DNA of 64,000 nucleotides from Lama glama (lineage: Eukaryota), in contig CM052818.1 in assembly GCA_028534125.1 (NCBI GenBank), positions 124,001 through 188,000 on the forward strand, read 5' to 3'. Positions 51,447 to 63,060 of the stretch are shown here, piece by piece (the stretch's first letter is position 1; every line of letters begins with the position of its first letter). The notes beneath the pieces are model-generated. The model ran no database searches. It worked only from the letters and a program-made list of their open reading frames with translations, and was not told the origin of the DNA. Both the position numbers and the translations under genes were made by a program.

Positions 51447-53106
51447 TCCACATGTAAGCATTCACCATGTCCTGGTAATCTGCCTCCTAAATGACTTAAA
51501 TCCATCATTTTCTGTCCATTATCCTTTTAATGCAGGACTTTATCATCACTCACCTAGACTACCCAATAGTTTCATTAAAAAAAAAAACAAAACTTTGCCT
51601 CCAATCTGTCCCATTCCAAATTTCCAGTAGGGTAACCTTTCTAAAGTGCAAGTTCTGGTTTATTCATTCAACAGTTACTGAAGGCATACTACGTGCTAGG
51701 CATTTTGCTAAGAAGCAGAGATAAGATGATTAAAACGTGGTGTCTGAATTCAGATTGCTTAGTCTAGAAGGGGAAATACATATTTGAAAGTGGTACATCA
51801 AATCTACTCTCTGAAACTTTCTAACACAGTAGCCTCAACACAGAGTTCTTCTGGCACTGATGCATGCCTCTCCCTAGCTGCTCCTCAGCAATGCAGCCTA
51901 GGCTTTATTTGCTTCTCTGAGCATGGTTTTGCTATTGAATTTTTTGTCTTGATTTTTCTTAAAAATTTCTTTTCAGGGAGGAGATCAAGATGGCATACCA
52001 AGAGGACATGGAGTTCACCTGCCCCCAACAAACACATTAAATAATATATCTACGTGTGGAGCAATTCTCACTAAAAACAAACTGGAGACTGGCAGAAAAA
52101 CCCTTATCAATCAAGGCTGTAAGAAAGATCCATAGATAGCTGGATAAGGAGGGAAGAGAAGCAACCAGGTCAGGACCAGCACCCTAGGAGGGGACACAGA
52201 ATAGAAGGGGGGTTACACAGGCTCAGAGAGCCTCCTTGGAAAGTTAGTGGTTTGAACCCCATACTGGGTGCCCCAGCCCTGGGGTCCAACACCAGGAAGA
52301 TGAGTCCCTTCAGCTGGTTTGAAAACCAGTGGGACAGACAGCCGGGCTGTAAGAAACCTAGATTCTTCTTGTGAAGAGCACACACATGCTTGCTTACTCC
52401 TGAAAGGGGGCGGAGCAAGCAGGGTAGAAAATGCCTGGGATTCTGGCTGTTTTCCCATGACTGCACAGCATACACCCCAGCCTGAACCAAGCCCTCACTG
52501 GCCCCTTTTGCTCCTTCACAGGGCTCCACACTAGGGAGAAGGCTGCCATGGCTGAGGAGAGCACACAGTTTTAGGGGGCAGAGCCAGCTCTGATCCAGCA
52601 CACCATCCAAATGAGACAAGGGCAGCCATTACTAGTGTTCATTATGGTAGCAGATTGGGAGCAGTCCAGAATTCTGACTGGTGCCAGGACTGCACCCAGG
52701 CCCACAACAAGCACCCCCTCCAGCCCCTCTTGCTCCAGCAGTGCTCCACCCTGGGGCAAGGGTGCCAATGCTGGGAGGAGGGAAAGCACACACACAAAGA
52801 GGGTACAGAACCACCTCGGACCCAACCCTCGGGGTTTCTGCTCCAGCAATCTGGGACCCAACACTGCCCCCAGTAGGATGGTGTTGGCCACTGAGCAGAG
52901 TAGAAAGCCTGGCTCATACCTGGCTCTGGCTCTAGAAACTTCATCCCAGCTCCATCTCCTACCAAGATGATACCTGCCAGCGCACCCTTGGGGAAGATGT
53001 GACTCATAATCATTTCAAATCCACCTCTCCCAAAAGAGCTACTGGACACATGCAGACAGTATGGGGATGCTCCCACACAAGGACACTCCTTCAAGACCAG
53101 AATAGG

Positions 53107-53210
53107 AAAAAAACACACGCACCCCAATGTTCATAGCAGCACTATTTACAATAGCCAAGACAGAAACAACCCAAATGTCTATCAACATATGACGGGATAA
53201 AGAAGATGTG

Positions 53211-53250
<40 letters not shown>

Positions 53251-53706
53251 AAATTCTACTCAGCCATCAAAAAGGTCACAATAATGCCATTTGCAGCAAC
53301 ATGAATGGACCTGGAGATTGTCATTCTAAGTGAAGTAAACCAGAAAGAGAAAGAAAAATGCCATACAATATCGCTTATATGTGGAATCTGAAAAACAAAA
53401 AGGACTACTTATTATTTATAACTCATGATTGACTTCTTGAATATGTGTAAGCACATTTGACTGTCCTTTATAATTGGGTAACTGTATTCTGTTGATTCTT
53501 ATTTTGTGGTTGGCTTTATTCCTTTGATAACTATATAAGTTTAAAGAGCTAAAGCTCTAAACTGTTCTTAGAAAGAAAGAACAGTACATATATGTAAATT
53601 TTTTTAATGTGCAGTATATTGTATATATATATTTACATGCAATATATTGTATATGTGCAGTCAAATTGTGTCAATTGTACCTAATAAAACTGAAAATGGG
53701 AAAAAA
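53107..53706 (+). mobile_element. Nested L1-derived retro-insertion with a non-cognate 3' segment
   Basis: Perfect 14-bp TSD aagaccagaatagg (53093-53106 and 53707-53720); AATAAA 53683; A-tail. Confidence 0.88.
53213..53248 (+). repeat. (AC)18 microsatellite inside the nested L1
   Basis: Direct reading. Confidence 0.95.
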
Positions 53707-55551
53707 AAGACCAGAATAGGTAACTATTTTGCCTAATTCTATAGAGACAGAAAAAGTTAAGCAAAATGAGAAGACAGAGTAATTTGTTTCAAACAAAAGA
53801 ACAAGAAAAAATTTTAAAAACAACTAATGAAATAGAGGTAAAAAATTTACAAAATAAAGAGTTCAAAGCATTATTAATAAGAACGCTAACTGAACTAGGG
53901 AAAAGAATTGATGAACACAGAATTTTAACAAGGAACTAGAAAATATAAGAAAGAACCAGTCAGAACTGAAGAATACACTAAACTGAAATGAAAAACACAC
54001 TAGAAGGAATTAATAGCAGACTAAGTGATACAGAAGAATGCAAAAGTAACCTGAAGATAGAATAATGGAAATCACCCAATTGGAATAGCAAAAAGAAAAA
54101 CAGATTAAACAATGAGAACAGTATAAGGAACCTCTGGGACAACACCAAGCATACCAACATTCAAATTATAAGGGTCTCAGAAGGAGAAGAAAAAGAGAAG
54201 GAGATCAAAAATGTGTTTGATGAAATTACGGCTAAAAATTTCCCAAACCTGAAGAAGGAAACAGATATCCATGTATAGGAAGCACAGAGTCCCCCAAAAA
54301 CATGAACTCAAACAGACACACACTGAGACATATCATAATGAAAATGTGAAAAATTAAAGATAAAAAGAGAATTCTAAAGGCAGCAAGAGAAAAACAAAGG
54401 GTCACATACCAAGGAACCCCCATGAAGCTATCAGCTGATTTTTCTGCAGAAACGTTGCAGGCCAGAAAGCAGTGACGTGATGTACCTGAAGGGCTGAAAG
54501 GGGGAAATTCTACAACCTAGGATACTCTGCCCAACAAGATACTCATTCAGAATTGAAGGGGAGATAAAGAACTTCTCCGATCAGCAAAACTAAGAGTTCA
54601 TCAACGCTAAACCAGCCCTAAAAGAAATGTTAAAGGCTCTTCTCTAAGTGGAAAATAAAAGGCTACAACATGAACTAAGAATCTATAGGAAAAGAAAAAT
54701 AAACCCACTAGTAAAGGCAAGTACACAGAAAAGGCTGTGGATCAACCACAGAAATAAGCTAATATGACGATCAAAGGACAAAAAAATTGTAAAATCAAGT
54801 ATAACTACATGAAACAGTTAAGAGATAAACATAAAGATGTAAAATATGACATCAAAAACACAAAACGTTGAGGGGCAGTGAAAAAAAAGTAGATGTTGTA
54901 GAATGTGCTTGAACTAAAGTGACTACCAGTTTAAAAACAAGTAGATAAAGGCCAATACATATGAACCCGTCGGTTAACATAGGTTCTGACCTATAATAGA
55001 TAAACAAAAACTAGAGAGAAAGGATCACAAGCATATCACAAAAGAAAATCATCAAAGGGAAGAAACTAAAAGAAGACAAACAGAGAAGAAATACAAAACC
55101 AGAAAACAAGTAATGAAGTGGCAATGGATACTCACCTATCAATAATCACTTTAAATGTCAATGGATTAAATGCTCGAATCAAAATACATAAGGGAGCAGA
55201 TTGGATTAAAAAAATCCTATCTATATGCTGCCTACAAGTGACTGACCTCAGTGCTATAGACACACACAGACTGAAAGTGAGAGAATGGAAAAAGATACTT
55301 CATACAAATGGAAACAATAAGAAAGCTGGGGTAGCTATACTCATATCAGACACAATAGACTCTAACAATGTCTATAACAAGACAAAGAAGGGAATTATAT
55401 AATCATAAAGGGATCAATACAAGAAGAGGATGTAACATTCATTAACATGTATGCACCTACATTTCTTGTCAAGATGGCGAAAAAAAATAAAGTGAATGAG
55501 TGAGTGAATGATGTGGAAGAGAAAGGTTAAAGAGATAAAGAAGAGGTCAAC

Positions 55552-57129
55552 AGTGCCCACGTCGGGACCCGGGTCCAGGGCACAGACGGCCCGGGCGTGC
55601 GCGTTGATCTGGACGTGCAGAGTTCCTGTACTGGCTTCGTACAGACGCACCTGCCCGTCCCCATAGCCTGCTGCTATGGTCCCCTGCCACAGCTGCATGG
55701 AAGGGCACGGGACTCTGCAAGGGTGATAGCCCACTTTGATTTCCCAGACCCGGGCCCACTCCCACCCTGAAGCTACCTCAGGAAGGCGTCAGCCCCCTTC
55801 TGCCTCACCTACCTGAATACTGGAATTTGGGTCAGTAATTTGAATTCAGGCACTCACTGGATGGATGATGAAACAGGCCACAGTGTCATGACCTTCTGGA
55901 GGTCTTGCAGTGAGACACTCAGAGTCACGACTAGACTCTGGGCCTCCCGAGAGCCCCTAACCCCAAGCAGCAGACACAGCCCACGGGCCCAGCTCTGTAG
56001 CAGGTGCAGCGCAGGGTGCAAATTGGAAGATACATACCCTGTTCCCAAGATGCTTACGACCCAGCTGGGGAGACAGGACTTGTCTCTGAGGGCAGTATCA
56101 ATTCAAGGCTCAGCTGAGGGAGACCAGTGGGAGCTGGAATAGGGGGGTGGCTTCCTGAGGTGGCACTGGGGGTGGGCCTGAAGAGGCAGGACTCGCCCAA
56201 GTTCAGAGAAGGAAGCTACACATGTCAGAGCAGGAAAGCATCTCGGAAACTGTCTGCCCCAACTCTTCAGTTCACACCAGCACTGTAAAGTCTTGGAAAA
56301 CGACTAAATGCCATGTAAATGGAAAGTAACCCTGGCGCTGTCACTGGACCCGAGGTTGCTGAAGCCTAGGAGAGTCTAGTAATTTGCCTAAAGTCATCCA
56401 GCTGCTTGAACCCAGCTCTCCTGCCTCCCAAGGCGGGGAAGGCCCCCACACCCACTGGAACAGGTAGGCGAAATCCACTTACCTGGCCCTGGGCAGGCTC
56501 GGTGGCAATGTCTGTGACTGGTGTCTGGTGTCCAGCCGGCTCTTCACTCAGTACGATGTGGGGACCCTTGGCTGGGATGTCAAACACCAGTACCCGGCCT
56601 GACCATGCTCCTGCAGAAGCAGTGCTCCACTGATGGCTTCCTGATCCTCCCAGGTCCCCAGCCCCCACACTCAGCACTTCCTCCATCCCAGAGACCTTAG
56701 TAACAAACCCACCTCTCACTGCTCCAACCAGCCTTGCCCCCATATTCACCACCCTTATCCTATCCCACCCTGCCCCTCTAAACCCCTCCACAGCTTTTTG
56801 GAGACTTCAGACCCCTCTTCACTCCCACCCTTCCCTCTAACCCTCCAGTTTCCTCAGATCAGCATCTTCCTGGCCAAAGCACACACCCCTATGCCCCAGA
56901 ACCCCACAATGCCCTGCCCTCGGCCCCCTCACCCACACAGATGAAGTGACCACTGGCAGCAATTCCTCGGGCAGACACAGCCTGTACTAAGTATGAGAGG
57001 GGAAAACTATTAGAAATAGCATCTCCCCATCCCCACAAACACTCCCTACCCCTGCCCCACGCAGTCCCACAGGTACCTAGAGACGCATCTCCAGAGTCCA
57101 GTGCGTGCCAATAGACCATGACGGAGCCA
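55552..57129 (-). pseudogene. WDR54: Intron-containing partial WDR54 copy: exons 57129-57077, 56986-56933, 56610-56483, 55856-55813 (deleted, starts with TGA), 55714-~55552; 3' exons absent, 5' end runs into gap
   Basis: Spliced peptides MVYWHALDSGDAS / VQAVSARGIAASGHFICV / GAWSGRVLVFDIPAKGP / PEFKLLTQIP / VPCPSMQLWQG...HVQINAHARAVCALD match recalled WDR54; GT-AG introns. Confidence 0.9.
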
Positions 57130-57629
57130 NNNNNNNNNNNNNNNNNNNNNNNNNNNNNNNNNNNNNNNNNNNNNNNNNNNNNNNNNNNNNNNNNNNNNNN
57201 NNNNNNNNNNNNNNNNNNNNNNNNNNNNNNNNNNNNNNNNNNNNNNNNNNNNNNNNNNNNNNNNNNNNNNNNNNNNNNNNNNNNNNNNNNNNNNNNNNNN
57301 NNNNNNNNNNNNNNNNNNNNNNNNNNNNNNNNNNNNNNNNNNNNNNNNNNNNNNNNNNNNNNNNNNNNNNNNNNNNNNNNNNNNNNNNNNNNNNNNNNNN
57401 NNNNNNNNNNNNNNNNNNNNNNNNNNNNNNNNNNNNNNNNNNNNNNNNNNNNNNNNNNNNNNNNNNNNNNNNNNNNNNNNNNNNNNNNNNNNNNNNNNNN
57501 NNNNNNNNNNNNNNNNNNNNNNNNNNNNNNNNNNNNNNNNNNNNNNNNNNNNNNNNNNNNNNNNNNNNNNNNNNNNNNNNNNNNNNNNNNNNNNNNNNNN
57601 NNNNNNNNNNNNNNNNNNNNNNNNNNNNN
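57130..57629. other. Assembly gap (500 N, probably a placeholder size)
   Basis: N run. Confidence 1.
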
Positions 57630-57867
57630 TAATCATTCCCTTTGAATTTGTATACTTTTGTAAGCTGATATTTTAATTTTCTTATTTCATTAATTTCGCA
57701 AATCAGGTATTTTGTTACTCTCAGTAGCTGATATTTGCGTCGACTTACCCATGTGTTTCATATTTCCTCTGCTCGCTCTTCTTTTTTATGTCTCAGATCT
57801 TCTGTCTGGGATTATTTTCCTTCCATCTTCAAGTATATGCTTTAGAGGTTCCTTTGATGGGGATTCG

Positions 57868-59430
57868 TGGTAGACACTTCTAGGTGGCTCCCAAGGTCCC
57901 CGCCCCCTTGTGTGCACATTCTCCATAATCTCCTCCTCCTGAGTGTGCGGAGGCTCCTGAACACAATGGCAGTTCACTCCTGCGATTATGTTATGTATCT
58001 GGTAAAGGGGTTTGCTGATGTAATGAAAGCCAGAACCATTTGGCTGTGTGTGTGTGAGTGTGTGAGTGTGTGTGTGTGTGTGTATGTGTATGAACAATAT
58101 TTTTTCATGTCTACCATAGTTTTCTTCAACTCTTTCTGGTACATGTTTCTGTGTTTGAGTTCCTCAAAGCTTTCCAAGGTTTGTGTCATTCATTAATTTA
58201 TTCATTAAATCAATAAGCCATTTGCAGCAACATGGATGAACCTGGAGATCATCATTCTAAGTGAAGTAAGCTAGAAAGAGAAAGAAAAATACTATATGAT
58301 ATCACTCGTATGTGGAATCTGAAAAAAAAAGAAAAAAGGGTACACTAATGAAGTCATCTACATAACAGAAACAGACTCTAAGAGATAGTAAACAATCTTA
58401 GGGTTACGGAAGTAGGGGGAAGGGGGTTGAAAGCGGTAAATTTGGGAGTCTGAGACTTGCAAATGATAGCCACTATATATAAAAAGGGGTAAGAAACAGA
58501 TTTCTTCTACATAGCGCAGGGAACTATATTCAATATATTGTAATAACCTTTAGTGAAAAAGAATATGAAAACAAATATATGTATGCATGACTGAGACATT
58601 ATGCTGTACGCCAGAAATTGATACAGTATAATTGACTATACTTCAATAATTTTAAAAAAGTATCAGTTGTAACAAAATGAAGATGAATCTGTGCTCTTGG
58701 CCCACAATAAAATGCCCATCAATTCTTTTAATAAATAAATAAATAAACGTGTTTGTGGTGTGTCAGCTGATCAAGACATCGTTCTATATGTTACTGTCCT
58801 ACAGTGATGGATAAAATAGACAAGCATGCACAAAGTCAAGTGGTCTGTATTCTAGTGGAGTGAGAGGCATAATAAACACAAATATGTTGTAAGATTCCAT
58901 AGGCATGAGTGCTGTGGACACAAAAGAAGCAAGAAAGGAAAGAGGGAGTGCCATGATGAGGGGCTGGGGTTGAAATTTTAAATAGGTTGGCCAGGTAAAG
59001 ACTCAAGAAACCAGTTGACTTTGAGTTCATAAAAAGAAAAGCTATTTTGGGTGGACCAGACCTAATCAGGTGAGCCCTTTAAAAGGGTTCAGGCTTCCTC
59101 AGAAGTCGGAGAGTCTCCTGTTCACCTTGAAGAAGCACACTGCCCCGTTGTGGAGCAGCCACGGGGCCTCTGGTAGTCGAGGCTTCAGTTCTGCGGTTGC
59201 AAGGAGCAGAATTTTGTCAATAACCAGTGAGCTTGGAAGAGGACTAGGAGCCCAGGTGAGACTGCAGCCCTGAATGACACCTGGACTTCAGCCTGGTGAG
59301 ATCTTGAGCAGAGGACACAGCTAACCTGTACCCAGACTCCTGACCCATAGAAACCATGAGACAACACATGTTTTCTTTTAAGCCACTGAGATTGTAATCA
59401 TTTCTTATCCAGAAATAGGTCACAAATACA
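57868..59430 (+). mobile_element. MLT1 (MLT1E-like) LTR in two parts, 57868-58045 and 59009-59430
   Basis: MLT1 motifs continue across a ~960-bp insert; ends ...aataca. Confidence 0.75.
58217..58747 (+). mobile_element. L1 3' fragment plus short 3' extension
   Basis: L1 3'UTR to ~58659; unique 58660-58729 with AATAAA 58706; (TAAA)n tail. Confidence 0.85.
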
Positions 59431-60394
59431 GCATCTAGTAATAGCAAACTCCTTCAGTTTTATTTGTGTGAAAATGTCTTTATTTCACCCTCATTTTTTA
59501 AGAATCATTTTGCTGGCAAAGGTTGACAGTTATTGTCTCTTATTCTGTTGAAGATAGTATTTTTCGCCTCTGGCTTTCATCGTTGCTGTTGAGAAATCAG
59601 ATACTAATCTAACAGTTACTTTGTGGGGAATCTGCTCTCTTGTTCCTTCTCTATACTTTAAATCCCCTTTTCTGTTTTTAAAAATAAATGAAACATATTC
59701 ATTTTATATACTGTAACATTCCAATATCTGTCATCTTTGCAGGTTTGAATAGTTTATGGCGGCTTGTTTCTTTGTGTGTTCAGTGACTTCGTACCCTCAT
59801 GGTGCTTGGAGGTTTAGCTCTAGGAATGATTAGATTCCTAGGATTAAGCTACTTTCCCCAGAGGAGTTTACGTTTAGTTTGGCCAGGTTTCCAGGAGTGC
59901 TGTACTGACTTGGACCACCTTAACTTACATTTTTGTCTTGGAATTTTTGAGCCACTCACATGGTATACATTCTGCCCCCAAATTTGTGTGAATACAAACT
60001 TATTGTTTAGAATTATAAGTGAGGACTCCCTCACCCCCACCCCGCTACAGCCAGAACTAAGGATGAGGTGAGCTTCTACCCTCACCGTCTCCCTCTGCAG
60101 GGCCCTTTTTCTGTTTGAAGTTCACTTTCTGGGGGGTGTTACTCTTTGAGTATCCAGGCTTTACATGTATGGGGAATACTTTTTCATGCCAACCTTCTCT
60201 ACTCAACCCCAGATTTTGTCTTCTGCCCCTGTTTATGGCCTTGTAAGCCCTGGTTTCAGGCCCCCAGGGGCTGGCTTCACAAATGCTGGCTCTAGCTGTC
60301 ACCTGTGCCTTGGGAATCATAATTTCATATCTTCTCTCCCTTCTGAGGCTTTCCCTTCCTTTCCCACCAGTTCATTCAGACAACACAAATAAAC

Positions 60395-60396
<2 letters not shown>

Positions 60397-60432
<36 letters not shown>
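60397..60432 (+). repeat. (GT)18 microsatellite
   Basis: Direct reading. Confidence 0.95.
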
Positions 60433-60434
<2 letters not shown>

Positions 60435-60669
60435 AATGTTGCATCCAGCGTTTATGGTTGCGCTGCATCAGGGGCAGTCTCTGTGATACTTAGTCCTCTG
60501 TGGTGCCAGGAATGGGAGCGTCCAATGTTTGCCTTCCTTTCTCCTTCCTTCTCTCTTTCTTTCTTTTGCATTTGGATAATCAATTGTCCCGGCACCATTT
60601 GTTGAATAGTGTGTCCTTTCCACACTGATTAATAATGTAAATTTTGTCACATCAAAATTTCATGTGTAT

Positions 60670-63060
60670 TCAACTGGAAACATAAAGAGGGAACCACAGC
60701 AGGATGGCAGGAGGGGCGTGCTCGCGGTATAAGTGGGCCCCATACCCCGGGGTGGGCGACCCACAAGCTGAAGATTTGTTAAGTCGCAGAGGCCCTCCCA
60801 TAGGAGTGAGAGCTCTAAGCCCCACGTCAGTCTCCCCAGCCTGGGGTTCTGGCATTGGGAGGAGTAGGAGACCCTGGGATATCTGGCTTTGAAGGCCAGT
60901 GGGGCTTAACCCCAGGAGCCCACAGAACTGGGGGAAACAGTTTGTTCTCTTGGGAAGCGTACACAGAATCTTGCATCCACTAGGTCCAAGGGCAGAGTCA
61001 GTGATTTTGAAGTGGGAGGAAAGGGGACAGGGCACAATCATTGGAGGAATTACATAGCAAGTGAGGACAGGACAAGATGGCAGAAGATTCGACTTCCAGT
61101 TGACCTTGAGCCTCATGGTGCACCCACAGATGCTGTGACAGTTTCCGGGCTGACCATATAAGGTCAAAAAGTGGGTGGGGGGGCATTTCCTGGAAAACCT
61201 CGACCGTCCCCCAGAGTAGTTGGAATAATCCTCCTGCTCATTAGTACACGAAATAACCAACCCCACAAAACCTAACAACTCCGCACCTCGTGGATGCTCT
61301 CTCTCTCTCTCTTGCCTTCTGATGTGGCCCACACTCTGTCTATGGAGTGTGTATCTCCTAAGCTGTCTTCCCTTCTGAGTCAGAGTGTCCACACCCAGCC
61401 TATGGAGTGTGTATGTCTCTAAATAAACGTGCTTTCACTTTACCATGTCTTGCTCTTGAATTCTGTCCTGCACGAGGCAAGAACCTATTCTCCCCCAACA
61501 ATTTCATAGGAACCTGTGTCAGAACTGCCTGCTGGTTTTAGAAGTTCTGCTGAGGAGGTGGCTGTGGCTTATGCTGAGGGCATAAAAGCTGGTGATGGAC
61601 ATTCCCGGAGTGTTCATCCACATGAGCTCTCCTGGAGGCTGACATTTTGATTGCGTCATTGGCACCAAGACCCACCCAACAGCCTGTAGGCTTAAGGGCT
61701 GGGAGGCCTCAGGCTAAACAACTTACTGGGTGGGAACATAGCCCCACCCATCAGCAGACCTCCCGAGCCACAAACACCTCTAGACAGGGCCCTACCCACC
61801 AGAGGTCCAGGACCAAGCTTCACCCAGCAGTGGGCAGGCCCCAGCTCCTCCCGCCAGGAACCCTGCATAAGCCTGTAGTCCAGCCTCATCCACCAGGGGG
61901 CAGATATCAAAAGTAAGAAAATAACAACCCCAAAGCCTGTGGAAGGAATGCACAAACAGGCCAGACTCTACACTGGGATGGGCTAGACCCTGGCCCTTGG
62001 GTGACAAGAGAGGAGTGTGCTGCTGGGACACATAGGACGTCTCCCAGAGGGCCACTTCTCCAAGGTCAAGAAATGTAACTAACCTACCTAAAAATACAAA
62101 TAGAAAGACAGACAATATGAGGCGGTGGAGGAATATCTCCCAGGCAAAGGCACAAGATAAAATCCCAGAAGAAATAACTGATGAGGAGATAGGCAATTTA
62201 TGCGAGAAAGAGTTTAAAGTAATGATGGCCAAGATGCTCAGAGAACTCAAGAGTACAGATGCACAGAGTGAAGTTCTTAGTAGAGTTGGAAAATATAAAG
62301 AACACCCAAACAGAGTTGAAGAATAAAATCACTGAAATGAGTAACACTCTAGAAGGAACCAAGAATAGACTAAATGAGGCAAAAGAATGGATCAGTGAGC
62401 TAGAAGACAGATTAGTGGAAATCACTACTGCAGAACAGAAAAAAGAAAAAAGAATGAAAAGAAATGAGAATAGTTTAAGAGAACTCTGGGACAGCATGAA
62501 GCACCCTAATATTTGCATTATAGGGGTCCCAGAAAGAGAAGAGAGAGAGAAATGACTGGAGAAAATTTTTTGAGAGATAATACCGAAAACTTCCCTAACT
62601 TCAGAAAGAAAACAGTCACTCAAATCAAGGAAACTCAGAGAATTCCACACAGGATCAACCCAAAGAGGAACACACCAAGGCACATAGTAATCAAATTGAC
62701 AAAAATTAAAGATAAAGAGAAAATACTAAAATTATCAAAAGAAAAGCAACAAATAACATCCAAGGGAACTCCTATTAAGTTATCAGCTGATTTTTCAGCA
62801 GAAACTCTACAGGCCATAAGGGAGTGGCATGATATAAAGTGATGAAAGGGGAAAACTTACAACTGAGAATACTCTATCCAGCAAGGCTCTCGTTCAGATT
62901 TGATGGAGAAATCAAAAGCCTCATAGATAAACAAAAGCAAAAAGAATTCAGCACCACCAAACCAGTTTTACAAATGTTAAAGCTTTTAAAGAACTTCTCT
63001 AGTCATCAAACCATAAGAAAAAAGAACAAAAAGAAGAAAGAGGGAAAAAAGAACTACAAC
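60670..63060 (+). mobile_element. L1 5'UTR + decayed ORF1 (~62117-62990), 3'-truncated
   Basis: ORF1 peptides (RINPKRNTPRHIVIKL; PIKLSADFSAETLQA; LRILYPARLSF). Confidence 0.9.
61008..61500 (+). mobile_element. Solo ERV1 LTR (MER41-like) nested in an L1 5'UTR
   Basis: TG...CA ends, perfect 4-bp TSD ATTT (61004-61007 and 61501-61504), AATAAA at 61422. Confidence 0.85.

Larger units (their letters stand above)
51976..55460 (+). mobile_element. L1 5' half (5'UTR, decayed ORF1 ~53765-54650, ORF2 endonuclease start from ~55118), 3'-truncated
   Basis: 5' end ggggaggagatcaagatggc; ORF1 homology; ORF2 LSIITLNVNGLN; stops at MYAP. Confidence 0.9.

Noticed and set aside
57046..57645. Long ORFs of X residues
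   Set aside because: Artefact of the N gap.
60670..61392. 240-aa minus-strand ORF
   Set aside because: It spans an LTR/L1 5'UTR chimera with no recognizable domain; a chance ORF.
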